Shown here: positions 28,487 to 37,249 of the stretch, piece after piece
Layout: every line of letters starts with the position of its first letter
How positions within the stretch are numbered: position 1 is the stretch's first letter
Assembly: GCA_016839585.1 (NCBI GenBank)
Contig: JAEOTZ010000015.1
Coordinates: 1,000 to 64,999 of the forward strand
DNA length: 64,000 nucleotides
Reading direction: 5' to 3'
Origin: Promethearchaeota archaeon
GTDB lineage: Archaea > Asgardarchaeota > Lokiarchaeia > Sigyniarchaeales > SOKP01
The notes under the pieces: generated by a model
Database searches by the model: none
What the model was told of the DNA's origin: nothing
What the model saw: only the letters and a program-made list of their open reading frames with translations
Position numbers and translations under genes: made by a program

Positions 28487-30634
28487 ATGGTTTACATCGA
28501 AAATAAAAAATCAAGAGAAAATGAAAACTTGTTAAAAAAACAAGATATCACTTTAACCAATTGGTTAGATTTAGAAACTCTAATTCTATCTATAGCATCT
28601 CGTTTCTTAGGAGATTTAGATCTTAATGAAGCTATTAATGGGTCTTTAAGAGATATAGGAATTATAAGTGAAGTTAGTCATTCATTTATATTTCTATTCA
28701 ATAAAGATAAATCTCAAATAAAAAATACACATGAATGGTGTAATGAAGGATGTGATTCCCAAATTAAGGCTCTCAGGAAATTAAAATCTAAAGACTTCCC
28801 ATGGTTAATCGAGCAACTTATAAGTGGAAAATCGATTCAGATAGATAATGTATTGAACTTACCTTATGAAGCTAGTAGTATAAAAGAGTTATTTGAAATT
28901 CTAAAAATAAAATCAATATTAATATTTCCCTTTTATGCAAAAAAGGAATTAAGTGGATTTATCGGTTTTGATGTAGTAGATAAAGCAAGGGTTTGGAGGT
29001 ATTTGGACTTTTCTATTTTGCGACTGTCCTCACAAATCATTGGAAACGCCTTAGAACGATTAAAAATTGAACAACTCTTAGAGGAATCAAAAGATAAATA
29101 CCGATTGATTATAGAAAACATTGACAACATAATATTTATCCTAGATTTAAGACTGAAATTTGAATATATAAATCAAAATACAGTTTTTAAATTATTAGGA
29201 TATAAAGAAAAAGAAATTTTAAGAAATTTTATTTTAAGTTTTGTCCATTCAAATGATTGTGATTTAATAGTAGAAAAATTAAGTCAAAAATCCCAGAATA
29301 ATAAATCCAATTTAGAAATTAGGCTTAGACATAAGAATGGAAAATTTATATGGTTTGAATGTGAAAGTCAGTCTTTCATTGATAATAATAAAAAATCTAA
29401 ATGGTTACTACTTCTAAGAGATATTTCAGATCGAAAAATTGCTGAAGAAAAATATAAAAGTTTATTTGAGAATTCTCCAAATGCTATATTATTAATTGAT
29501 TTTAAAGGTATTATCGTAGATTGCAATTCTACAGCAAAATATTTATTTAATCGTGATAAACAATATTTCATTAATAAATCAATTAATCAATTAAATGACA
29601 TATTTTCTTTAGATCTAAAAAAATATTTTAAAGATATTTTCCAAGCTTCTTTTAAGAATGATTTTCCTAAACCTCTTGAAGTTAAAATTAAAGAACAGGG
29701 AAATAATCTAGTTTGGTTCGAAGTCCAGGCTTCTTCAGTAAAACAAGCCCATAAAACACTAATTCAACTAATCTTTCAAGACATAAGTCAAAAGAAAAGA
29801 GCTGAAATTTTAGAAAAGAAATTCACAGAAGAATTAGAGAAAAAAGTAGACGAAAGAACACAGGAATTATATGATGCACTCGAAAAGCAGAATTTATACT
29901 TAGATCAAATCCTTAAATCTTCTCAATTTAAAACAGAATTTATGGCTACAATGTCACATGAATTACGAACCCCGTTAAATGCTATTATTGGTTTTGCAGA
30001 ACTACTTGTGGAAGGTTTTTATGGACAATTAAATGAAGAACAAAAAGAATTCATAATTGATATTAAGAGTTCGGCTGAACATCAATTTGAGATGATCAAG
30101 CACATTTTAGATATATCTAAAATTGAATCTGGGCAAATAACATTAAATGTCCAGCAATTTTCTTTAAATGCAATGCTAGAACAATTAAAATCAAGTTTAA
30201 GACCTTTATATAGTAAAAAAGGCTTAAAATTTAAGGTTAAAGGATTAGATACTGAAAAATATATTAATGCAGATCCTATAAGATTTAGAGAGATCTTATT
30301 AAATCTTTTAAGCAATGCGATAAAGTTTACGATGGATGGGAAGGTAACATTAAAAGTTGATGAAAAATATAATTATTGGCTATTTAAAGTAACAGATACA
30401 GGAATTGGAATTGCTCGAAAAGATTTTCCTTTAATTTTTAAGGAATTTAAAAGAGTTAATTCTCCTTATGTGCGTTCTGTTCCTGGAACGGGACTGGGCC
30501 TCTCATTGACAAAACGACTTATCGAATTACATGGAGGAGAAATCAGTTTTACAAGTCTTTTAGGAGCAGGTTCAACTTTTACATTTTCTATTTCCAAAAA
30601 ATTAGAAGAAAAATATCATAAATTAAAAGATTAA
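28487..30634 (+). CDS. GAF/PAS sensor histidine kinase
   Basis: N-terminal GAF-like region and two PAS-like blocks. H-box MSHELRTPLNAIIGFAELL, N-box LLSNAIKFT, VTDTGIGI, and G2 GTGLGLSLTKRLIELHGG. Confidence 0.9.
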   Translation: MVYIENKKSRENENLLKKQDITLTNWLDLETLILSIASRFLGDLDLNEAINGSLRDIGIISEVSHSFIFLFNKDKSQIKNTHEWCNEGCDSQIKALRKLKSKDFPWLIEQLISGKSIQIDNVLNLPYEASSIKELFEILKIKSILIFPFYAKKELSGFIGFDVVDKARVWRYLDFSILRLSSQIIGNALERLKIEQLLEESKDKYRLIIENIDNIIFILDLRLKFEYINQNTVFKLLGYKEKEILRNFILSFVHSNDCDLIVEKLSQKSQNNKSNLEIRLRHKNGKFIWFECESQSFIDNNKKSKWLLLLRDISDRKIAEEKYKSLFENSPNAILLIDFKGIIVDCNSTAKYLFNRDKQYFINKSINQLNDIFSLDLKKYFKDIFQASFKNDFPKPLEVKIKEQGNNLVWFEVQASSVKQAHKTLIQLIFQDISQKKRAEILEKKFTEELEKKVDERTQELYDALEKQNLYLDQILKSSQFKTEFMATMSHELRTPLNAIIGFAELLVEGFYGQLNEEQKEFIIDIKSSAEHQFEMIKHILDISKIESGQITLNVQQFSLNAMLEQLKSSLRPLYSKKGLKFKVKGLDTEKYINADPIRFREILLNLLSNAIKFTMDGKVTLKVDEKYNYWLFKVTDTGIGIARKDFPLIFKEFKRVNSPYVRSVPGTGLGLSLTKRLIELHGGEISFTSLLGAGSTFTFSISKKLEEKYHKLKD

Positions 30635-32169
30635 GTTGAATATTTTGTTCTTATTTCTTCAGCAATTTTAGCAATTTTCTTAAGTTCTTCGAAGTTATTT
30701 TCTAAAATTGATTTCATTACACTAACTTTCAATTTTTTAATTTTTTCGAGAGTAATAGAAAATTGTTTACTGATTTCATTATAAAGTCCATCAATCTTAC
30801 TGTAAAGATCTTTAGCCTGTTTATTATCAAAAATCTCTGAATTAATAACCTTGCTTTGATAAGAATCATTCAGCTCACTTAACCATTTTCTACCTTCCTT
30901 CATTGCTGGGTAAAGGTTGTCAATTTGTCCTGTTATAACACTTTTTTCAAATTCAGTCTTATATTTATCAAATAGATTCTTAAAACAGTTGTTAATCTTA
31001 TTTTCTATAGCTTTAATATTAACATCTGGATTCATAAAGATAGTAACTGTATAATCTTCAAACCCAAAAACATGCATTTTTAAGTTTGTTCCCTTTAAAC
31101 TAAATCCAGTTAAATCTTGAATATTTAACTCTAAAGAAAATTTTTCTAATGCACTAATGAACATTGGAATAAGATCTAGTTCAACTGGAACAATACTACC
31201 ATCTGTTGGAACATTATTAGAAATGAATTCCTCAAGTGCATTTTCAAATAATTCTAATTTTGATAAATTTTTTCCATCCTTATCTGCTATAAACGCACCT
31301 ATAAATGGAGGTAATTTTCGATCAAGAGATGATTCTGAAATTATAGATTCTTCTCCAACGTTTGTTAAAATACTTGAAGAAAATTTTTGAAAAATGTCTT
31401 TATAAATATTTTTACCCTTCTCTGTTAAACTAAGTAATTCTTTTCCTTCTACATTAGAAACTTCAATATGTTTTTTTCTAACTAGACTTTCTATTAAGTA
31501 ATTAATCAATTTTTTAGGGCGATTCAACTTCTCACTAAGATTTTCTTTTGGAAGAACTACCTCTTTATCAATTTGATGTATTAACTTTAAAGATTCATCA
31601 ATTATATTGAAAAGTAATCCCTCATCACTAATCAGATCATGAAGACAAATTTTCATTATATCAATAAAATAGGAAAATGTTTTTGTAAAGTATTTTTTTT
31701 TTAAACTAGTAAATAAGAAACTTAATAATTTTTCTTTTAAGAACTCACTTTTAATGATTGATTTATAATCCCTAATTCGCTTTTGACTCACTAAATCGAT
31801 CTTATGTAAAAATACATAGATGATTGTAGAGGGAGTTAAATTATTTCTTATTTCTATTACTTTTTTGATAAATGCTGTGATATCATCGAAATTTGTTGTA
31901 ATGTCAATAACGATTAAAATTAATTTACTATCGTAAAAAATAGCTTTCTCATCTGTGTCTAACCATCTTTCATTCTCTTGACCTGCTAAATCAAATATTC
32001 CAACATCTTGATTTATACCTGGTAATCTTAGTATCAGCGATTCTTCGCCATATGTGGGCTCTAAAGTATACTCTAACAATTTATTTGAATTTTCCCCTTC
32101 AAAAAAGATTTTACGTAATGTAGTTTTTCCTGCACCAGAGGGTCCAATGAAAATTATTTTTTTACTCAT
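30631..32169 (-). CDS. Rag/Gtr1-like GTPase + winged-helix + roadblock/longin-like module + coiled coil
   Basis: G1 GPSGAGKTT, G3 IFDLAGQE and G4 FLHKIDL. Mid-region LINYLIESLVRKKHIEVSNVEGKELLSLTEKGKNIY is wHTH-like. FIGAFIADKDGKNL, IPMFISALEKFSLEL and YTVTIFMNPD form an alpha/beta module. The C-terminus is heptad-rich. Its ATG overlaps the stop of the upstream gene by 8 nt. Confidence 0.75.
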   Translation of the reverse strand: MSKKIIFIGPSGAGKTTLRKIFFEGENSNKLLEYTLEPTYGEESLILRLPGINQDVGIFDLAGQENERWLDTDEKAIFYDSKLILIVIDITTNFDDITAFIKKVIEIRNNLTPSTIIYVFLHKIDLVSQKRIRDYKSIIKSEFLKEKLLSFLFTSLKKKYFTKTFSYFIDIMKICLHDLISDEGLLFNIIDESLKLIHQIDKEVVLPKENLSEKLNRPKKLINYLIESLVRKKHIEVSNVEGKELLSLTEKGKNIYKDIFQKFSSSILTNVGEESIISESSLDRKLPPFIGAFIADKDGKNLSKLELFENALEEFISNNVPTDGSIVPVELDLIPMFISALEKFSLELNIQDLTGFSLKGTNLKMHVFGFEDYTVTIFMNPDVNIKAIENKINNCFKNLFDKYKTEFEKSVITGQIDNLYPAMKEGRKWLSELNDSYQSKVINSEIFDNKQAKDLYSKIDGLYNEISKQFSITLEKIKKLKVSVMKSILENNFEELKKIAKIAEEIRTKYST

Positions 32170-33490
32170 TTTTTTCGATTTTTTTTGAGTTTAAATAATA
32201 CAATTTTGTCAAATTCATTCTAATTTGACCAACAAGTCCAATTAACTTATTACTACTAAGGGATTCAGATATACATATTAAATTCTTAAGATTAAATCTT
32301 GGCAGGTTTAAATAATTCATAATTATATTAAGATTCATTGAACCTGAAATAATGAAATGTTCAATATTATCATTTAAAGACATTTCTTCAAAAGTTTGAT
32401 TTAATTGTGCAACAAGTTTATGAGAATGGTTTATGATTGTGGTATTGAAATCTTTAGACATAGCTTGAGCTATTATATTATCATTTTCGTTAGTTATAAA
32501 AAACATCGTTTTAGGTATATCAGTTATCAAATCATTCAATATTTCTTTTAAATAAATCGTCTCCCTTGAAAAGCTACTTAATATATCGTAGAATGCGTTA
32601 TATAAGCTATAAATTAAATTTGGATATATGCTAGTATAGAAAATTGGATATTTAAATTGATTTTTAATCAATTGAGTTATTTCAGAAAATTCATTTTTTC
32701 TATCTTCTTTCCTAATTAAATCGATTTTATGTATAAACAGCTTTATATTTATATCAAATGATTTTTCTTTAATAATATCAGAAATTCTCTTGATATCGTG
32801 AATAATCTCCTGTTGATTTGAAATCCATGTCGGATAATCAAAAAGATAAATAACTACATCAGTTCCCTCAAATGCCAAGATATGATCGTTATCATTCTCA
32901 TTCTCTAATAAATAGTTTAATTCCTGCCCAGAGGTATCGAATAAACCTAAAGTTAAATCTAACCATGAATACACTGAAGGAGATATTCCACGAGTAGGTT
33001 CAAGGGGATTATAGATTAAATCTTTGGGATTAAATCCTTCAAAAATGATTTTTTTAATACTTGTTTTTCCAGTTCCAGCTCTGCCTAATAATAAGATCTT
33101 CTTTGAAGTTGTTTTCTTAAAAAATTTGTCAATATTTCCTTGAAAAAAATCCTTTCTCTTATCTTTTTTTTTTTTTATAATATCTTTAGAAAATTCTAAG
33201 AATTGTTTCTTGATGTTAAATAGATTAAGTCTTTCTTTCTCTTCAATAATAAGCGTAATTATTTCATATCCAACTTCAGGAACACGGGATTTATCACAGT
33301 ATGATAAAATTGTTTGATTATCATAGTTAATCTCAATTAATTCTTCTTTATTAAAATCTTCATCATAAGCATGAGTCATATATATTTTATTAATCAGATG
33401 ATCTGAAAGTTTCAGGTTCTCGGGATATTTAAAATCTAAGATAGACCCGATTTTTTGATCCCAACTAAAAACTGCTAATCCTAAAATCAT
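32162..33490 (-). CDS. Longin-like N-domain + Rag/Gtr1-like GTPase + C-terminal Roadblock-like domain
   Basis: The N-terminus MILGLAVFSWDQKIGSILDFKYPENL is shared with ORFs 34297 and 44432. G1 GRAGTGKTS, G3 LFDTSGQE and G4 FIHKIDL. The C-terminus TMFFITNENDNIIAQAM, IEHFIISGSMNLNIIMNYL and NLICISESLSSNKLIGLVGQI is Roadblock-like. Confidence 0.75.
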   Translation of the reverse strand: MILGLAVFSWDQKIGSILDFKYPENLKLSDHLINKIYMTHAYDEDFNKEELIEINYDNQTILSYCDKSRVPEVGYEIITLIIEEKERLNLFNIKKQFLEFSKDIIKKKKDKRKDFFQGNIDKFFKKTTSKKILLLGRAGTGKTSIKKIIFEGFNPKDLIYNPLEPTRGISPSVYSWLDLTLGLFDTSGQELNYLLENENDNDHILAFEGTDVVIYLFDYPTWISNQQEIIHDIKRISDIIKEKSFDINIKLFIHKIDLIRKEDRKNEFSEITQLIKNQFKYPIFYTSIYPNLIYSLYNAFYDILSSFSRETIYLKEILNDLITDIPKTMFFITNENDNIIAQAMSKDFNTTIINHSHKLVAQLNQTFEEMSLNDNIEHFIISGSMNLNIIMNYLNLPRFNLKNLICISESLSSNKLIGLVGQIRMNLTKLYYLNSKKIEKNE

Positions 33491-33682
33491 AATACTGTGC
33501 CGAAATTATAATAAATTGAATTCTTCTTATCAGAAAACATAAATATAAATAATTATAATAGAATTTATATTTAAACATATCTAAAATAGCAATTTTTGTA
33601 TTCCGATTACAGTTAATATATACACAGATTTTTAAAATAAATTGAAACTAATATAAATCAGATTAAAATTAACGGTCTAATA

Positions 33683-34057
33683 TTGGTATATATGACAAAA
33701 AATGTGTATGTTATTGAGGATAATGAAAAAAATATGAAATTATTCAGAGCGATTTTAAAATTAATACCCGATTTAGAAATTTTTGAAGAAACCCGTGGAG
33801 ATCTAGGATTAGAATTAATAAAATCTGGAGAACCAGATTTGATTATCTTGGATATACAACTTCCTGAAATGAGTGGTATTGAAATTTGTGAAGAACTTAG
33901 GAAAATTGAGAAATTTAAAAGCACACCAATTATTGCAGTTACTTCCTTTGCTATGAAAGGAGATAAAGAAAGGATATTATCAGCAGGTTTTAATGAATAT
34001 ATATCAAAACCCATAAAAGTAAAAGAATTTAGAGAATTGGTAAACAGTTATATCTAG
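33683..34057 (+). CDS. Single-domain CheY-like response regulator
   Basis: VYVIEDNEKN, DLIILDIQLPEMSGIE, IIAVTSFAMKGD and YISKPI. At 124 aa it is a receiver domain only. Confidence 0.9.
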   Translation: MVYMTKNVYVIEDNEKNMKLFRAILKLIPDLEIFEETRGDLGLELIKSGEPDLIILDIQLPEMSGIEICEELRKIEKFKSTPIIAVTSFAMKGDKERILSAGFNEYISKPIKVKEFRELVNSYI

Positions 34058-34296
34058 TATATTCATTAAATATCAATAATTTCACTCTCTTTTAAAAGTA
34101 AACCTTCAAACGGATTAAATTTTTTAGTTAAATTTAATTTTGATTGAAAACCTCCTTAATTATATGAGTTTAATAAAAACTTAAAATAAAATCTAGATAT
34201 TAAAAGGTTCAATGAATTATATGTAATTAATGTTTTAATGATGATTTAATATAAAAACTAGAAATCTTTAAACCAAAAACCTCAAGTGTTTAAAAT

Positions 34297-35355
34297 TTGA
34301 AAGGAATTGTGATTTTAAATCTAGATAAAAAATCAGAACCGACCATAAATGCTCAATATCCACAAAATATTAGTGACGAATTAGGGGTTACAGATTCAAT
34401 GCTGGCAACTGTCTTCGATGAACATAAAAGTGTAAGGACAGGTCCTAATTATCTTGAAATGCAAATAAAACGGGATCTTAGTGTAGCAAGTTTCTTTACT
34501 GGTCATTCCTCAAAACACTTTATAGGGAAAGGAGATCATGTTATTACCATCTTTCTTTCTGACGAGGATATCATCCCTAGAAATTTTGAAGGCCAAGTTA
34601 GAAGAATCGCTTTTGAATTATTGCCTAAAAGAAAGGAAAAAGACTTTAAAAATCTATTAGCAAAATACTATGAATTATTAAATAAAGGAGAATTAGATGC
34701 ATATTGGCAGGAACGACAGGAATTGGAGCAAGATATAGTTGGAAAAAAAGAAAGAATAGATGATCTTGCTCAAAAAGTCTCTATGTTAGTATCTGATAGA
34801 TCAGAACATCTTAGAAACGTTCAAGCATTAAAAAATGAAGTAACTGAGTTATATAATAAATTAGAAAATTGGAGTTTACAAATGGCAGAACTTAATGAAT
34901 ATAATGCAAATTTAACAGCAAAAACAAGAGAATTAACTAAATTAACAAATAGTCAAAAACAGGAATTAGAACAAAAGGATGATCAGATCATAAAATTAAG
35001 AAAAATCTTAAGAGATAAAGATGAAATTGAGGAAGGAGCCGAAAAATTACTTGAACAAATTAAAAGATTTAAAGCTGAAAATGAAAATCTTAAAAACGAG
35101 ATAGAGAAAATGAATAAAACAAATAAAGATTTAAAATTTCAAGTTTTAAAATCAAATCGAGAGAGAGATTCCCATTTAGATACAATTACAGATCTAAAAT
35201 TAGATATGAGAAATCTAAAAGGACAAATATCATCTGAAGGGACTTTAAAAAATAAATTGAATGAAGAAATTGTTAATTTGAAAAAAGATTTAAAGGTTAT
35301 AAGGAGAGAAAGAGACCATTATCAAAAATTAGTGAAAAAACATAACCTCCTTTAA
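34297..35355 (+). CDS. Longin-like N-domain protein with ~210 aa C-terminal coiled coil
   Basis: N-terminal IVILNLDKKSEPTINAQYPQNI and LSVASFFTGHSSKH are homologous to ORF 44432 (GFIITEWTEDRGLAVTLNYPESL, SNVASFFTGMESERP). The C-terminal half is heptad-rich (LKNEVTELYNKLENW, KRFKAENENLKNEIEKMNK). No TM segment. Confidence 0.7.
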   Translation: MKGIVILNLDKKSEPTINAQYPQNISDELGVTDSMLATVFDEHKSVRTGPNYLEMQIKRDLSVASFFTGHSSKHFIGKGDHVITIFLSDEDIIPRNFEGQVRRIAFELLPKRKEKDFKNLLAKYYELLNKGELDAYWQERQELEQDIVGKKERIDDLAQKVSMLVSDRSEHLRNVQALKNEVTELYNKLENWSLQMAELNEYNANLTAKTRELTKLTNSQKQELEQKDDQIIKLRKILRDKDEIEEGAEKLLEQIKRFKAENENLKNEIEKMNKTNKDLKFQVLKSNRERDSHLDTITDLKLDMRNLKGQISSEGTLKNKLNEEIVNLKKDLKVIRRERDHYQKLVKKHNLL

Positions 35356-35562
35356 ATTATTAAAAAGCTTTTACAAAAAAGTTTGATTTTCATTAGATTA
35401 TGAAAAAATTTCCTATTTTCCTATTTTTCCTATGCCTTACTTGATGAATTTAAGTGAGAAAAAGTCAGTATTAATAAAACATAATTTTTTATACTTCGAG
35501 TTTTTATTATTATAATAATTATAAGTTTAAATTGGATAATATCATATTAAATATCAAAATAA

Positions 35563-36033
35563 GATTGGTGTATTAAAATTTCAATTGATACCAAAAGTTT
35601 TGATAATATTCTCAGTAAGATTATAAAGAGTGAGAGCGGAATTAAAAAGGTTATTTTAGTTGATAGAACTGGATTAACGATAGCAAGTGTCTCAAAATTT
35701 TCCTATTTCCCTGCTGATGTAGATGGTATCGGTGCAATAGCATCTGCAGTATTCTGTGCTTCAGAAGAACAAGGAAAAAATCTAGAACTCGGCGAATTAG
35801 ATATAGTAACCTCAGAATTTAGTGGAGGCAAGATATTTGCGGCCAGTTGTGGCCCAAAAGGTGTATTGACCTTAATTAGTGATCCAGACATCAATATAGG
35901 GTTAATTAGACTTATCTTAAAGAGATCAGGTGATGAATTAAAGGAAATTCTGGATGAATTTCTCGCAGAAATTCCAGAAACACTTGATTCTGGATTAGAT
36001 TTGAGTGATTTAGACGAATTAACTCCAGATTAA
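35563..36033 (+). CDS. Roadblock/LC7 (MglB-like) domain protein; no canonical start codon; missing from the ORF track
   Basis: The open frame after TAA 35560-35562 translates as DWCIKISIDTKSFDNILSKIIKSESGIKKVILVDRTGLTIASVSKFSYFPADVDGIGAIASAVFCASEEQGKNLELGELDIVTSEFSGGKIFAASCGPKGVLTLISDPDINIGLIRLILKRSGDE..., a textbook Roadblock pattern. The first in-frame ATG/GTG/TTG is TTG at about 35866, far too late. In-frame ATT codons lie at 35572, 35578 and 35584. Confidence 0.7.
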   Translation, partial: DWCIKISIDTKSFDNILSKIIKSESGIKKVILVDRTGLTIASVSKFSYFPADVDGIGAIASAVFCASEEQGKNLELGELDIVTSEFSGGKIFAASCGPKGVLTLISDPDINIGLIRLILKRSGDELKEILDEFLAEIPETLDSGLDLSDLDELTPD

Positions 36034-36245
36034 TTTATTTTAATCTACTTCAATCAAATTTGTACAAATTTCTTGAAAATAGTTTTTACCTAATTTTAGA
36101 TTTCTTATCTTATAAAGAAGATTTTTAGAAATTTTTCTCTTTCTTTTGATTTATAAAACCAATCTTGCTATTGCTATTAATTTAAATGTGATGCTAAAAT
36201 TATTTTAAATTAAATAATTCATGTAAAGGTTCATAGAAAATAAAT

Positions 36246-37049
36246 ATGAAATTAGGATTAGAAAATAAAGTTGCTTTAATCTTAGCGTCGAGTAAGGGAT
36301 TGGGATTTGCTTGTGCTCAGGGTCTTTATACAGAGGGTGCTAATGTAGTTATTTGTAGTCGTTCAATGGAAAATTTAGAAATGGCTAAGAAAGAAATGGA
36401 GAAAACAAAGTCTTTTAATTCAGATAACAGGGTTTATCCTATTGTTGCGGATTTGATGTATGAAGATCAAATTGAAAGCCTAGTAAATAAGACTCTTAGC
36501 AAATTTGGAAAGATAGATATTTTGGTTCATAATGCAGGGGGTCCTCCATCAGGACCAATCTATAAAATAACAAAAGAAGATTGGGCGAATTCAATTAACT
36601 TAAATCTACTATCTTTCATTAGAATTACAAATTTAGTAATCCCAATTATGGAAAAGCAAAAAAATGGTAGAATTATAGCAATAACATCGGTTTCAGTAAA
36701 ACAACCTTTAAATAATCTTGTATTATCTAATACTACTCGACTAGGGGTTGTAGGATATGCCAAGACTTTAGCAAATGAATACGGGAAAGATAATATTTTA
36801 GTTAATGTTGTATGTCCTGGTCCAACTCTAACAGATCGAATGAAAGAATTAATCAGTAAAACTTCTCAAGAAACCGGTAAATCTGAAAAGGAAATTACAA
36901 AATCTTGGATAGAACCGATCCCTTTAGGACGGTTAGGAAAACCAGAAGAATTAGCTAATTTAGTTGTCTTTCTTGCCTCAGAAAAAGCCAGTTACATTAC
37001 TGGAACAGTTATTCAAGTAGATGGAGGATTTGTAAAAAGTCCCTTTTGA
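36246..37049 (+). CDS. Short-chain dehydrogenase/reductase family oxidoreductase (atypical active-site variant)
   Basis: Rossmann N-terminus VALILASSKGLGFACA, HNAGGPP and VNVVCPGPTLTDRM. The usual YxxxK region reads SNTTRLGVVGYAKTLANE (S/R variant). Confidence 0.8.
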   Translation: MKLGLENKVALILASSKGLGFACAQGLYTEGANVVICSRSMENLEMAKKEMEKTKSFNSDNRVYPIVADLMYEDQIESLVNKTLSKFGKIDILVHNAGGPPSGPIYKITKEDWANSINLNLLSFIRITNLVIPIMEKQKNGRIIAITSVSVKQPLNNLVLSNTTRLGVVGYAKTLANEYGKDNILVNVVCPGPTLTDRMKELISKTSQETGKSEKEITKSWIEPIPLGRLGKPEELANLVVFLASEKASYITGTVIQVDGGFVKSPF

Positions 37050-37249
37050 ATTTCCTCTTAAAAAAGTATTAAGTAAATATCATATTAATGTTAAGAAGAT
37101 TTTTATATTCCATAATTATACTAATTATCTATATAGATAATTGAATAATACTATTTACACAATTAGGAAATTAATAGTAAATTTGAATATTCATAAAGTA
37201 TAAAATTTTGAATTACATCAATCGTATAACCAGATAGTGAATCACAAAT

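Noticed and set aside
30631-30634. Convergent kinase and GTPase genes share their stop codons in the palindrome TTAA
   Set aside because: This is a real but trivial consequence of tight packing, and no hairpin or terminator structure is evident.
28933-31390. Antisense ORFs 28933-29130, 29368-29571, 30082-30315 and 31157-31390
   Set aside because: They are nested within the GAF/PAS kinase or the Rag-like GTPase gene and carry no motifs.
33658-34014. 118-aa minus-strand ORF overlapping the CheY-like gene
   Set aside because: The plus-strand frame has all the receiver-domain hallmarks. The minus-strand translation is Ser/Ile-rich low complexity.
34237-35460. C-box-like UGAUGA sequences (near 34239 and 35452) as candidate C/D box sRNAs
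   Set aside because: No matching D box (CUGA) lies at an appropriate distance, and no terminal stem could be drawn.
35703-35894. 63-aa minus-strand ORF, the only tracked ORF in this interval
   Set aside because: It is the antisense shadow of the plus-strand Roadblock frame, which has a far more convincing domain-like translation despite lacking a canonical start.
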